From assembly GCA_963754875.1 (NCBI GenBank), contig CAVWHO010000021.1, positions 160,001-224,000 on the forward strand: a stretch of DNA of 64,000 nt. The letters run 5' to 3'. The position numbers and the translations under genes were made by a program. Positions 26,245 through 37,173 of this stretch are shown here, piece after piece. This stretch comes from Nitrospirota bacterium (lineage in GTDB: Bacteria > Nitrospirota > UBA9217). Under the pieces are notes generated by a model that was not told the DNA's origin, ran no database searches, and saw only the letters and a program-made list of their open reading frames with translations. How positions within the stretch are numbered: position 1 is the stretch's first letter; each line of letters starts with the position of its first letter.

Positions 26245-27618
26245 TCACGATGCATCGTATTTTTGCAACCGGTGGCGAAAAGACCTGAAGGAAAGCCCCA
26301 GCAGCTTCGCTGCCTCGGTCTTCACCCCTCCGGATTTTTCGAGAGCCTTATGCAAAAGCGTTTTTTCAGCCTCTTCTAATAAGGACTCCAGATTCAGGCC
26401 TTTCTCGGGAATATCCAGCGCAACAAGTTCGGAGCAGGGGTGCCTGGTGTTCACGACATCAGGTATATGCTCAAGGCCGATCGTTTCTTCGGGCGTCATG
26501 ATCATAAGACGCTCGATCATATTTTCCAACTCCCGCACGTTTCCCGGCCACTGATACTGCATCAACATTTTTAATGCGTTGGGATAGATTTTTTTCGGCC
26601 GTATTGATGTCCCGTCTCTTTTGGCATATTTCACAAGAAAAAAATCGATCAGCGGCGGTATATCTTCCTTTCTCTCGCGGAGAGGAGGAAGGTGAATAGG
26701 AATCACGTTGAGTCGGTAATACAGATCTTCCCGAAACAACCCTTTCGCAACCTCAGAAAGCAGATCCTTGTTGCTGGCGGCAATAATATGTACGTCGACT
26801 TTGATGTCCACGGTTCCCCCAATGCGCATAAATTCGCGCTCCTGGAGAACGCGCAACAGTTTGACCTGCAGTGCCGGCGTTGTTGTGCTTATCTCATCCA
26901 GGAAAATAGCTCCACCATGGGCTGCTTCAAAAAGTCCTTGTTTGTTCGACGTCGCACCGGTAAATGCTCCCTTCATATAGCCGAACAGTTCGCTTTCAAG
27001 CAGCGTCTCCGGCAGAGCCCCGCAATTGACCGTAACAAAGGGGCCGTTTCTTCGTGTACTATTGTAATGGATAGCCCTGGCAACGAGCTCTTTACCCGTA
27101 CCGCTCTCCCCCGTTATCAAGACGGTACTGCTCGTTTCAGCGACTTTTCGAATGAGGGCAAATACCCTCTGCATGGGTTCGCTCTTCCCAATAAAATTTT
27201 CGAATCCGGCGCGGGCTTCTATTTCCCGTTTGAGAAGAATATTCTCCTTCCGTAAGTGGCGCTTCTCGAGCGAGTTATTGATAATCAGCTTCAGTTCATC
27301 GACTTTGAAAGGCTTAATAACGTAATCGTAGGCTCCGAGCTTCATTGCCTCTATGGCCGTTTCAGCAGTTGCAAAGGCGGTAATCATAATTACAACAGTT
27401 TCCGGAGAAATATCTTTTGTTGTTTTCAGCACGTCGATGCCGTCCATACCCGACATCTTTACGTCGCTGATCACGAGATCAAATATCTCTGATTGCACTG
27501 CTTTCAGCGCACTGGCGCCGTTCTCGGCAGTCACAACATCGTGGCCCTCTTTTTTCAGCATGATTGCGAGGAAATCCCTCATGCTTTGTTCGTCGTCAAC
27601 GACAAGAATTTTGCTCAT
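26245..27618 (-). CDS. pilR: Sigma54-dependent response regulator PilR
   Basis: Receiver, GESGTGKE, GAFTGA, HTH ending SFRSFRHRLQK; follows pilS in the pil operon. Confidence 0.88.
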   Translation of the reverse strand: MSKILVVDDEQSMRDFLAIMLKKEGHDVVTAENGASALKAVQSEIFDLVISDVKMSGMDGIDVLKTTKDISPETVVIMITAFATAETAIEAMKLGAYDYVIKPFKVDELKLIINNSLEKRHLRKENILLKREIEARAGFENFIGKSEPMQRVFALIRKVAETSSTVLITGESGTGKELVARAIHYNSTRRNGPFVTVNCGALPETLLESELFGYMKGAFTGATSNKQGLFEAAHGGAIFLDEISTTTPALQVKLLRVLQEREFMRIGGTVDIKVDVHIIAASNKDLLSEVAKGLFREDLYYRLNVIPIHLPPLRERKEDIPPLIDFFLVKYAKRDGTSIRPKKIYPNALKMLMQYQWPGNVRELENMIERLMIMTPEETIGLEHIPDVVNTRHPCSELVALDIPEKGLNLESLLEEAEKTLLHKALEKSGGVKTEAAKLLGLSFRSFRHRLQKYDAS

Positions 27619-27619
27619 G

Positions 27620-29326
27620 TTACTCCTGGCCTTCAGGATCATGACGATAAGGTCGCACTGGTGCGGCTAATGAATAAGCGTGATTTTCAATCATTGGCAG
27701 CCTGATTTTAAACTGCGTACCCTTTCCAGGTTCACTGTCGACGGTGATTCCTCCCCCGTGATCATCGATAATCCGATGCGCAATCGACAAGCCGAGCCCC
27801 GTCCCTCCTGCTTTTGTCGTAAAAAAAGGATCAAATATTTTACGCAGGTCTTTATCGTTAATCCCCAACCCGGTATCAAATATCGTAATCTGGCACCAGG
27901 TGGCATCATCTTCCGCTCGTAAAAAAGGTTCGGCAGTAATCGCTAAAACACCGCCGTCCGGCATAGCCTGACAGGCATTGATCAAAAGGTTCCAGAAAAC
28001 TTGGCGCAGGCGCTGGGAATCTCCTTTGAGGACCAGCCGAGGGTCAATTTCTCGCCGGACAACGATATTCTCCTGAAAATCTTTGCTGTTTTGTAGAAGT
28101 GTGATTGTTTCATCCAACAGGGAATTGAGTTCAATCTGATCAGTCTGAGCGCCGGCGGGACGAGCATATTCAAGGAATTCCGTAATAATGGTGTTGAGCC
28201 TGTCTGTTTCATTCACGACGATATCCATGAGACGCTTATTATCATCCTTCAGTTTGAGTTCGCCCTGCAGCACTTGAATGGACCCGCTAAGGGCAGCAAG
28301 AGGATTTCGTATTTCATGGGCAATACCGGCAGCGAGGCTCCCGACAGTTACCAATCGTTCCTGTCTTCTGATATGCTCCTCCATTTCAAGAATTTTTGTA
28401 ATATCTTGAAAAGTCAGGATGATGCCGCGAACAGCATTAATATCGTCTTTGAGGAGTGAAGCTGTCATGCCGAGACTTGCGGGACTGCCGTCTTTTTTAA
28501 TGAGCCATCCATCAAAACGATAGGGCCGCTCCTTGAGAGAATCTGTATGGCCAAACAGTTCTTTAATACTACTTCCGAATACGTCTTGCCAATTGCTCTT
28601 TATCTCATCATGGCTGTAGCCGGTAATCTGTTCGGCTGCCGGGTTCCAGGAAGTAATATTGCCGTTTAAATCCATAGTAAGAATGCCGCTGCCGACACTT
28701 TTCAAGATATGTTCCTGGAGGACCCGGAGATCATCGAAATCTATGCTTTTTTCACGAAGCTCATCGTGTGTTTTTCGAAGACGTTCGGTAAGGTAGCCGC
28801 TGAGAAGCGCTACGACGTAAAATGAGACTATGTTGATAAAAACCTGATAGAGAACTTGCGCTGCGGTAAAGTTCTGGCTTCGCACAAAAAAGAGAGCATT
28901 GTAGTACTGCATGTCCAGCATGCTCCCGTACAGAATGCTGGCAAAAGAAGCCGCCAGATACCCGCCGCGTCGGGATAAGATGATGCTTGCCGATATGATC
29001 GCCAGATGGTAGAGGACAGAAAAACCGCTGTCTATGCCGCCGGTAAGATACACGAGAAATGTTACGAGAAGAATGTCTACCGAAGTTTGAAGATATCCAA
29101 GAAAAGGCAGGTTTGCTACCGTACTGAGCAAATATCGGTAGAGGACAGATAAGAAGTAAACCGAAAAGAGAACATAATACAAAACAGCGATGTGGAAAGG
29201 ATAAATTTTATATCGCTGTTGAAAAAAAATGAGTGTGCCGACCAGGAAGGTCGTAAGCGCTACCCTGCTCCAAATGAGCCACTTGATGCGAACGGAGTAT
29301 TCTTCTCTTGAAAATTCCCGAGTCAC
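27620..29326 (-). CDS. pilS: Sensor histidine kinase PilS
   Basis: TM region with TGGIDSGF, PAS domain, AHEIRNPL, HATPase; next to pilC. Confidence 0.88.
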   Translation of the reverse strand: MTREFSREEYSVRIKWLIWSRVALTTFLVGTLIFFQQRYKIYPFHIAVLYYVLFSVYFLSVLYRYLLSTVANLPFLGYLQTSVDILLVTFLVYLTGGIDSGFSVLYHLAIISASIILSRRGGYLAASFASILYGSMLDMQYYNALFFVRSQNFTAAQVLYQVFINIVSFYVVALLSGYLTERLRKTHDELREKSIDFDDLRVLQEHILKSVGSGILTMDLNGNITSWNPAAEQITGYSHDEIKSNWQDVFGSSIKELFGHTDSLKERPYRFDGWLIKKDGSPASLGMTASLLKDDINAVRGIILTFQDITKILEMEEHIRRQERLVTVGSLAAGIAHEIRNPLAALSGSIQVLQGELKLKDDNKRLMDIVVNETDRLNTIITEFLEYARPAGAQTDQIELNSLLDETITLLQNSKDFQENIVVRREIDPRLVLKGDSQRLRQVFWNLLINACQAMPDGGVLAITAEPFLRAEDDATWCQITIFDTGLGINDKDLRKIFDPFFTTKAGGTGLGLSIAHRIIDDHGGGITVDSEPGKGTQFKIRLPMIENHAYSLAAPVRPYRHDPEGQE

Positions 29327-29334
29327 GTGTTGTT

Positions 29335-30554
29335 TTAGCCGCCAGTCAATGATCCCATCTGGAAGATTGGCATGTACATCGCGACGATAACAAAGCCGAC
29401 CGTTACCCCAAGAAAGATCATCAGTATGGGTTCGAGCAGGGAAGTGAGCGTCGCTACGGCAGCATCGACTTCATCATCGTAAAAATCTGCGATTTTGTTA
29501 AGCATATTGTCCAAAGCGCCGGTTGCTTCGCCGACAGCAATCATCTGGACAACCATCTGGGGAAATACTTTGGATTTAGCCAGAGGGTCTGCAAGCGTTT
29601 TACCTTCACTCACGCTCTGTCGGGTAAACAGGATTGCTTCCTCTACTACCTTATTGCCGGCCGTCCGTGAAACGATCAATAAACCTTCGAGAATCGGCAC
29701 ACCGCTCGTCATCAGCGTCCCGAGTGTACGCGTAAACTTGGCCACGGAAACCCTTTGTATCAACGACCCTACTACCGGAATTTTCAAGGCGATCCTGTCT
29801 GTCATTCTCAAGCCATTTTCCGTTTTTCTGAATTGCTTGATCCCGACGAAAGATAGCGACTATCACACCCAGGGTAATCCAAGTCCACCCCATCCCTTAA
29901 GAAAGTTGCTGAGCCCAATCACAATGCGGGTCGGCAAAGGCAACGCCTGCCCCGATATCGGCAAACATGTTCGCCAACATCGGCACAACAACGACCATCA
30001 AGAGGGCGACGACTGACGACGGCAACAAAAAGGATCACGGAAGGGTAAATCATTGCAGACTTGATTTGTCCTTTGATTTTTGCGAACTTTTCCATATATG
30101 CCGCGAGTCTCTGAAGAATGGTATCGAGAATACCGCCGGCCTCTCCTGCGGCAACCATGTTTACGTACAGGTTGTCAAATACTTTCGGGTGTTTTTTGAG
30201 TGCATCGGCAAAGGTTGATCCGCTCTCCACGTCAGACCGGACTTGCCCGACAATCTTGCCGAGAGCTTTATTTTCAGTCTGGGTGCCGAGGATATCAAGA
30301 CACTGTACGAGCGGTAAACCGGCATCGATCATCGTTGCTAACTGCCGGGTAAGGATCACAATGTCCTTATCAGTGATTTTTGGTGCTCCAAAGCTCAGCT
30401 TGATTTCCTTGGGTTTTGATGCGACATTGATCGGCAGGATGTTTTGTTTCCTGAGAAGAGCGATAACTTCTTCTTTGCTGTTTGCTGCAAGCTCTCCCTT
30501 TTGAACTGCCCCCTGTCGTGTCTTGCCTTCCCACACAAAAACGCTTGCTGCCAT
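29335..30554 (-). CDS. pilC: Type IV pilus inner-membrane platform protein (frameshifted)
   Basis: TRQLATMIDAGLPL, AGEAGGILD, AMYMPIFQMG. Confidence 0.95.
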
Positions 30555-30662
30555 TTTTCACTCCTTTACTATTTTACAAACTTCGAGGTTTCGATTAGTA
30601 TCGAGCGCCTAATCCACTGCATCGCGTGCCAGAACAAATACCGAGGCCTGAGAGTAGCGGTA

Positions 30663-31767
30663 TCATCGATACTCTTTTTGGGCCGGTTGTGCACCTGCAA
30701 GGCCTGATCGACCAATCATCTGCACGAGTTCATCGACAACGGACGACCTCCCGATGCAATCCTCGTAGGAAATCAACTTTTTTGACATAGAGTTCGTACA
30801 ATGATTGGTTCAACGTCTGCATGCCGAATTTCGACTGGCCTGTCTGCATGATCGAGTATATCTGATGGATCTTATCCTCGCGGATAAGATTCCGTATGGC
30901 GGCGTTCGGTATCATGACCTCGAGCGCAAGAACGCGTCCACCTCCGATTTTCGGTATGAGCTGCTGAGATATTACTCCTTCCAGGACAAAAGACAATTGG
31001 GCCCTAACCTGCGACTGCTGGTGGGGCGGGAACACATCGATAATGCGGTTCATGGTCTGCACTGCGGAATTAGTATGGAGCGTAGCAAAGGTCAGGTGTC
31101 CTGTTTCAGCGATAGTCAGGGCCGCCTCTATGGTTTCTAGGTCACGCATTTCACCAACGAGCACGACATCAGGGTCTTGGCGTAGAATGTATTTCAATGC
31201 GTCTTTAAATGACTTCGTATCGGCGTTCACTTCACGCTGGTTTACGAGGCATTTTTTGTGCGGATGCAGATATTCGATCGGGTCCTCGATCGTTATGATG
31301 TGTTCCTGCCGCTCATTGTTTATTTTGTCGATCATCGAGGCAAGGGTAGTGGACTTACCGCTGCCCGTCGGTCCGGTAACGAGAACAAGGCCTCGTGGTT
31401 TCTTACAGAGGTCCGATGCGACTTCCGGCAACCCGAGTTCCGGAAATGTTTTTATTTTAAAAGGGATGGTCCTGATTGCCGCGGCAACGGCGCCGCGCTG
31501 CATAAAGATATTCGCACGAAAACGCGACAGGTTCTTTATACCGAAGGAAAGATCAAGCTCGCTGTTTTCCTCGAACTTATGTTTCTGAGCGTCCGTAAGA
31601 ATACTGTAACAGAGGTCCTTCGTTTGCGTCCCCGAAAGAGGTTCGAGGCTGGGTATCGGTTTCATCTTGCCGTCGATGCGGATGGACGGAGCGATGCCGG
31701 TCGTAATATGAAGGTCCGATGCGCCCTTCTCAATCATGTACTTCAGCAGATCGTGCAGATTGGCCAT
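30663..31767 (-). CDS. pilT: Type IV pilus retraction ATPase (frameshift in A-run near 30780)
   Basis: ASDLH, GPTGSGKSTTL, LRQDPD, AIRNLIRE. Confidence 0.97.
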
Positions 31768-31816
31768 TGAGGATCCTCTTTCTGTTTTACCTTTGACGTA
31801 CTTCCGGGCCTCAAGA

Positions 31817-33658
31817 TTACTGATTGTCCGGGAAGGTATTTTCAACAACTTCTTCCAGGGAAGTCAGGCCGGCCTTCACTTTCAGGAGTCCGCTTCGCCG
31901 AAGCGTCTTCATTCCCCCTGCAATGGCCTGTCTTTTAATGTCGAACACCGATGCGCCCTGCAGGATAAGTTCCTTGATTTCTTCTTTGATGGGCATGACT
32001 TCATAGAGCGCCACCCTGCCCTTATAGCCCGTTTTGTTGCAGACGTCACATCCCGTCCCTTTATGACTGACGACGGATGCGGCCTCTTCAGGCGAGAAGC
32101 CGGCGTCGATGAAGACCTGAACCGGCAATTTTTCGGGCTTGTTTGCAATTGCGCAGGCCCTGCGTACGAGCCGCTGAGCAACAATTAAGATCACGGCCGA
32201 CGAAACCAGGAAAGGCTCCACACCCATGTTGAGCATACGGTTGATCGTGCTCGGCGCGTCGTTGGTATGTAGGGTCGTGAGCACGAGGTGGCCGGTAAGA
32301 GCGGCTTTCACCCCGATTTCAGCCGTTTCGTAGTCGCGTGTTTCTCCCACCATGATAATGTCGGGGTCCTGTCGCAGAAAAGAACGGAGTGCGGCAGCGA
32401 AGTTAAGCCCAATTTCATCCTTCATCTGGACCTGGTTGATTCCCATCAGGTTAAACTCGACGGGGTCTTCCGCGGTCATGAGGTTCTCTGAATCCGTATT
32501 CAGTTCGCTCAGCGCTGAGTAGAGTGTCGTGGTTTTTCCGCTTCCCGTAGGGCCTGTTACCAGGACCATGCCGAAAGGCCTCCCCAGCGCTTCCTTAAAA
32601 TCGACTAGCTGGTCTTCATCGAATCCAAGCTTGGTCATATCGAGCTGCAGATTCGATTTGTCGAGCAAACGCATCACGATCTTTTCGCCGAAAAGCGTTG
32701 GCAGGACGGAGACCCGGAAGTCCATGGTTTTGCTTTTCCCCATTTTCAGTTTGATTCTGCCGTCCTGGGGAAGGCGTCGCTCCGCGATATCGAGGTTTGA
32801 CATGATCTTGATACGGGAAATGATCGCATTCTTGATTTTCAAGGGAAGTCCCATGACCGTTTTCAAAACACCATCGAGACGGTACCGAACACGGAATTTC
32901 TTTTCATAAGGCTCGATGTGGATATCGCTCACGCCTAATTTTGCCGCCCTCAGCAGAATACCATTTACGAGTTTGACTATCGGCGCTTCGACATCTGCCG
33001 ACAGATTGTCGAGTTCCTGGTCCTCAACGACTTCAAGTTCATCCACAGCTCCGTGAACGAGACTGTCGAAGTCCTCGACATCCACCTCACCGCCGGTATC
33101 GATGTCATCTACAAAACTGTCTTCCTTCATCTCCTCATCGAGAGAGTAGTCTTTGGCATCCAACGATAGCTTCTTGTCGTCCTTGACCGCCGGAGCCGCG
33201 CCTGCCTTGGCCGTGACAAGAGATTTCGCACCGCCATAATACTTCTTAATGGCCTCAACGATGGCTCCTTCAGTCGCAACGACCGCCTCGACATTGTAGC
33301 CCGTCATAAATTTGATATCATCGATAGCAAAAATATTGGAAGGGTCCACCATGGCGATCGTTATCGTGGCCCCTGCGCGATTGATCGGCATAATGCGGTA
33401 TTTTTGGGCAACATCGGGGGGGATATGTTTTATGACCGCGGGATTGATCTCGAACTTGCTCAAGTCAACATAAGGGACGCCGTACTGCTTGCTGAGAAAC
33501 GTCATGAGCTTATCTTCTTGAACGAACCCGAGCTTTACCAGAATGGACCCCAGCCTGCCCCCCTCGGATTTTTGTGTCGAGAGGGCTTTTTTCAGTTGTT
33601 CATCTGTGATAAGACCCGACGAAACGAGCATGGAGCCGAGTCTGCCTGACATCGCCAT
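31817..33658 (-). CDS. pilB: Type IV pilus assembly ATPase
   Basis: MshEN-like RLGSMLV/RLGSILV, SDIHIEP, GPTGSGKTTTLY. Confidence 0.97.
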   Translation of the reverse strand: MAMSGRLGSMLVSSGLITDEQLKKALSTQKSEGGRLGSILVKLGFVQEDKLMTFLSKQYGVPYVDLSKFEINPAVIKHIPPDVAQKYRIMPINRAGATITIAMVDPSNIFAIDDIKFMTGYNVEAVVATEGAIVEAIKKYYGGAKSLVTAKAGAAPAVKDDKKLSLDAKDYSLDEEMKEDSFVDDIDTGGEVDVEDFDSLVHGAVDELEVVEDQELDNLSADVEAPIVKLVNGILLRAAKLGVSDIHIEPYEKKFRVRYRLDGVLKTVMGLPLKIKNAIISRIKIMSNLDIAERRLPQDGRIKLKMGKSKTMDFRVSVLPTLFGEKIVMRLLDKSNLQLDMTKLGFDEDQLVDFKEALGRPFGMVLVTGPTGSGKTTTLYSALSELNTDSENLMTAEDPVEFNLMGINQVQMKDEIGLNFAAALRSFLRQDPDIIMVGETRDYETAEIGVKAALTGHLVLTTLHTNDAPSTINRMLNMGVEPFLVSSAVILIVAQRLVRRACAIANKPEKLPVQVFIDAGFSPEEAASVVSHKGTGCDVCNKTGYKGRVALYEVMPIKEEIKELILQGASVFDIKRQAIAGGMKTLRRSGLLKVKAGLTSLEEVVENTFPDNQ

Positions 33659-33746
33659 AGGAACTCCTTATACTTTTAAGGAATAAATCACTACAATATT
33701 ACTTTAATGCAACAGTTATGTCAAGATGAGTCCGTCTATTAGGCGT

Positions 33747-34616
33747 CTATTTCCTTCGACCGTTTCCCAGCGCGGCAATCTGCCTGGCAAGCGCATTTTT
33801 CATGATTGAGACGGGAGCTTTTTTACCCGTCCATATTTCAAAGGCAATAGCACCTTGGAACAGCAGCATTCCGATTCCCGGCAACCTCTTCGCTCCACGC
33901 GCTTTTGCTGTTTGCAGAAATCTCGTTTCTGCCGGATTATAGACGAGGTCGCAGACGAGGTGTTTTTTCCGGATGTGCTCCAGAGCAAGCGGCAAGGGGT
34001 CTGTTGTCTTCAGGCCCAGGGGCGTGGCATTGATAACGCAGTCAGCTTCTGCGGCAGACTCACCAACCGATTCCTGTTTTACATATTCCGCGAAACGGCC
34101 GGTCTTGTCTGTGATGTCGGTCACCAGTGCAATGGCCTTCGCTGCGTCGAGATCGGTAAAAACGATTTTTTTTGTTCCCTCCAGCGCAAGACTGAAACCC
34201 ACGGCTCTCGCCGCGCCTCCTGAGCCGATAATAACAACCTGTTTCCCTTTCGGAGTAAATCCCGCATTGTCCCGGAGCGATCTGAGAAAACCCCGGCCGT
34301 CGGTGTTGTGGCCGATCAGCTTTCCTTCCTTGATCTCAATGGTGTTGACTGCGCCGATCAGCCGTGCCTCTTCCGACAGTTCATCCAAATAGGCTATGAT
34401 CTTTTCCTTATGCGGCACGGTAACATTTAATCCGCAGAGGCCGAGAGGAATGAGTGCCTTCGCTGCTTCTCCGAGGTTGTCCGGAGGGACGGCAAAAGGA
34501 ACATAGCACGCATCCAAGTCCATTTTTTTAAATGCAGCATTATGCATGCCTGGTGAAAACGTGTGTCTGACAGGATATCCGAAAATGCCATAGAGTTTCG
34601 TTTTGCCGGAGATCAT
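33747..34616 (-). CDS. aroE: Shikimate dehydrogenase
   Basis: SPGMHNAAF, NVTVPHK, GAVNT, NTDGRGF, GSGGAARA. Confidence 0.97.
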   Translation of the reverse strand: MISGKTKLYGIFGYPVRHTFSPGMHNAAFKKMDLDACYVPFAVPPDNLGEAAKALIPLGLCGLNVTVPHKEKIIAYLDELSEEARLIGAVNTIEIKEGKLIGHNTDGRGFLRSLRDNAGFTPKGKQVVIIGSGGAARAVGFSLALEGTKKIVFTDLDAAKAIALVTDITDKTGRFAEYVKQESVGESAAEADCVINATPLGLKTTDPLPLALEHIRKKHLVCDLVYNPAETRFLQTAKARGAKRLPGIGMLLFQGAIAFEIWTGKKAPVSIMKNALARQIAALGNGRRK

Positions 34617-35908
34617 GGACAACCCCTCCCTGCACTGCGTAGCACGAGCATCAATTCGCGAAACGTCGCTGCCGGCACTATTTTGATGTCGAGTCGTTTC
34701 GCAAGTTGTTTGAGCGTCATGTTATCGAGAAATACGTCTTCGTCTTCTTTCAGCATACTGGCAGGAATAACCAGAACATCACCCAACCGTCGGCGTTGCA
34801 ACGCCTTCAGAATGTCGCCTCCTGTTAAGAGTCCGGCGACCGTTACTGTCGGCCCAAAATAATAATTCTTTACTGTTACGAGATCGACGGAAACTCCGCG
34901 AATTGAATGGACACGCGTTAAAACACGTTTGAGGATTTTACCAAATGAAATCCCGGTCGCAATAGTAACGTGCAGGGGTGAAATACGTGAAGGCAACCTC
35001 GTACGCGACGCCTCTCGGAGAAACGTCGCTACCATGCCCACGCCGTTTTCTATCTGCGGAAAATCCTCGTAAAAAGACGGGGCGGGAAAGGCCTCTTTTG
35101 CCCGAATATAAAATTCATCAGACGCAAACACGAAACGCGAGCCGACCCGCCTTTTGCATTCTTTTCCGAACCTCTCGGTTGTAGCAAGCACTGCGCGGGC
35201 TTCACGCGGGGTAAATGTTCGGAGCGGATAGAGCTCTTTTCTGAACGTGGTGATGCCGACGGGGACGACAGCAACGGAAGCTACGGCAGGAAACAGCCCC
35301 GATAAATCATCCAGCGTTCGCTCAAGGTATGGCCCGTCATTGACTCCCGGGCACAAGACGATCTGCGCATGCATCTTGATGCCGCCGGCAGCCAGCCGCT
35401 TCATGCTCGTCATAATATCCGGAGACTTTCTGTTCCCGATCATGAAGGAGCGCAGTGCCGGTTCGGTTGTATGTACGGAAATATAGAGAGGAGAGAGGCG
35501 CTGTTGAAAAATCCGCTCGAAGTCTGATTCAGTGAGGGATCCGAGCGTAATATAATTCCCGTGGAGAAACGACGCACGGAAGTCGTCGTCTTTAATGTAA
35601 AGGCTCTTTCGGCAACCTTTCGGCATCTGGTCGACGAAACAAAAAATGCATTTATTTCTGCAACGTTTAATTTGGAGAGGGGGAAATTCAAGTCCGAGGG
35701 CATCGTCGGCGTCTTTATCAAGAGTGAACGTTCTGCGCCTGCCCTTTTTCGTCTGCACGATGATGACGACATGCTCATCTGCCACAGAGAATTTATAGTC
35801 TATATCGTCGTTAACCTCTTCGCCGTTAATAGAGACGATCCTATCGCCCTGTTTAAACCCTAAGTCGGCGCCAAGACTCCCCGGCAGGACCGTACAAATC
35901 TCCAGCAA
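34613..35908 (-). CDS. PDZ/DUF512 Fe-S (radical-SAM-like) protein
   Basis: CRNKCIFCFVDQMP, KDDDFRASFLHGNY, QIENGVG, VTVAGLLTG. Confidence 0.9.
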   Translation of the reverse strand: MLEICTVLPGSLGADLGFKQGDRIVSINGEEVNDDIDYKFSVADEHVVIIVQTKKGRRRTFTLDKDADDALGLEFPPLQIKRCRNKCIFCFVDQMPKGCRKSLYIKDDDFRASFLHGNYITLGSLTESDFERIFQQRLSPLYISVHTTEPALRSFMIGNRKSPDIMTSMKRLAAGGIKMHAQIVLCPGVNDGPYLERTLDDLSGLFPAVASVAVVPVGITTFRKELYPLRTFTPREARAVLATTERFGKECKRRVGSRFVFASDEFYIRAKEAFPAPSFYEDFPQIENGVGMVATFLREASRTRLPSRISPLHVTIATGISFGKILKRVLTRVHSIRGVSVDLVTVKNYYFGPTVTVAGLLTGGDILKALQRRRLGDVLVIPASMLKEDEDVFLDNMTLKQLAKRLDIKIVPAATFRELMLVLRSAGRGCP

Positions 35909-36345
35909 TCACGCTACTCCTCTTGGAAGCAAACATAAAATCGACATAGCCGGCTATCTGTGTCCGTGCTTCATCGGACACTTGCCGGAATTTTCTCAGC
36001 ATCATGATCTCGTCCACACTCAGGATTTTTTCGAGGTAATTGATCTGTTCTTCGGAAAGCGGATATTTGCGTTTTCCTCTCCTGAATTTTGCCAGGGACG
36101 GAGAGAGGAAAAAACCTTTCACTTCTGCAGGGACCTTTTCCTGGTGCGCGGCAAGAATAAGGACGGATTTGTCAAGATTCAGTTTGCCCAGCTATCATCA
36201 TGAGCGTCGTGTCTTTCGGGATATGCCCTTTATTGATCGTAACACGCAAAAGCTCCGGGCTGATTCCGAGGACCTTGGATGCATCCTTCAGGTTTCTGAA
36301 GCCCTTCTTTTCCAGCGCCTGTCTGATCATGTCGGATATTTTCAT
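35853..36345 (-). CDS. Putative HTH DNA-binding protein (frameshift near 36185; end uncertain)
   Basis: Manual reading MKISDMIRQALEKKGFRNLKDASKVLGISPELLR..., continuing in ORF 35853..36122. Confidence 0.55.
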
Positions 36346-36369
36346 AAACGACCTCCCTGATTAATGACG

Positions 36370-36906
36370 TCACGAGACATCTTCTCCGACGATCTTCATG
36401 CCCCGGGTAACATACTGAACACCCGAAACCATCGTGAAGACCGCCGTGGTCCAATATAAGAGGGACATGAGCCCTACGTTCACCCCGTAGCTTTTCAGCA
36501 GGAGAGAAAGCGTCACCACGGTCAGTTGCAATACTGTCGTGGCTTTTCCCACAATTGAGGGACGGGCTTTCAGATCATGTCCTGTAAAATAAATCACGGC
36601 ACTGCCGAGTACGAGAATGACATCCCTGCTTACGACAATGATCACGAGCCAGATCGGGAGCATGCGCAGAAGCACAAGCGTCACGAATGCCGATACGATG
36701 AGCAGTTTGTCCGCCATCGGATCGAGAAACGCACCCAGCTCTGTTTTTGAATGAGTAATTCGGGCTATCATGCCGTCGAGCGCATCTGTCACACAGGCAA
36801 TCGCAAAAACGCCCAACGCGCTCCGGTAATAACCGTAAATCATCAGATTAATAAAAAACGGGATCAGTATGATACGTGCAAGCGTAATGTAATTCGGAAG
36901 GTTCAT
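36370..36906 (-). CDS. CDP-alcohol phosphatidyltransferase (PgsA-like)
   Basis: NLPNYITLAR, TDALDGMIAR...GAFLDPMADK. Confidence 0.93.
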   Translation of the reverse strand: MNLPNYITLARIILIPFFINLMIYGYYRSALGVFAIACVTDALDGMIARITHSKTELGAFLDPMADKLLIVSAFVTLVLLRMLPIWLVIIVVSRDVILVLGSAVIYFTGHDLKARPSIVGKATTVLQLTVVTLSLLLKSYGVNVGLMSLLYWTTAVFTMVSGVQYVTRGMKIVGEDVS

Positions 36907-37053
36907 CAGCACCCCGTTTCGTCCGGCACTCTGCCAATAATATTAAACATACTTATTTGGGTTGTCAACCTTTTTCTTTTTGTTACCATTTGTTTTTGTT
37001 CCGGGGGGCGCATCAGTTACAACGGAAGAAGACGCGAAGGAGAAAAAAATGCG

Positions 37054-37099
37054 TGGAGCCGGCGGTCAGGATTGAACTGACGACCTGCTGATTACGAAT
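37054..37099 (-). repeat. Displaced 3' half of tRNA-Thr (att site of island)
   Basis: 42/46 nt identical to 48023-48068; contains anticodon loop, T arm and CCA but no 5' half. Confidence 0.9.
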
Positions 37100-37173
37100 T
37101 ACGTGGTCATTCCGATTTACTTTTTTTATCATTGTATTATATGGCATGAAATACTCCACGGTGGAGTACAATA

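Noticed and set aside
37054..37099. Second tRNA-Thr gene
   Set aside because: Lacks the D arm and 5' acceptor strand; it is an att remnant
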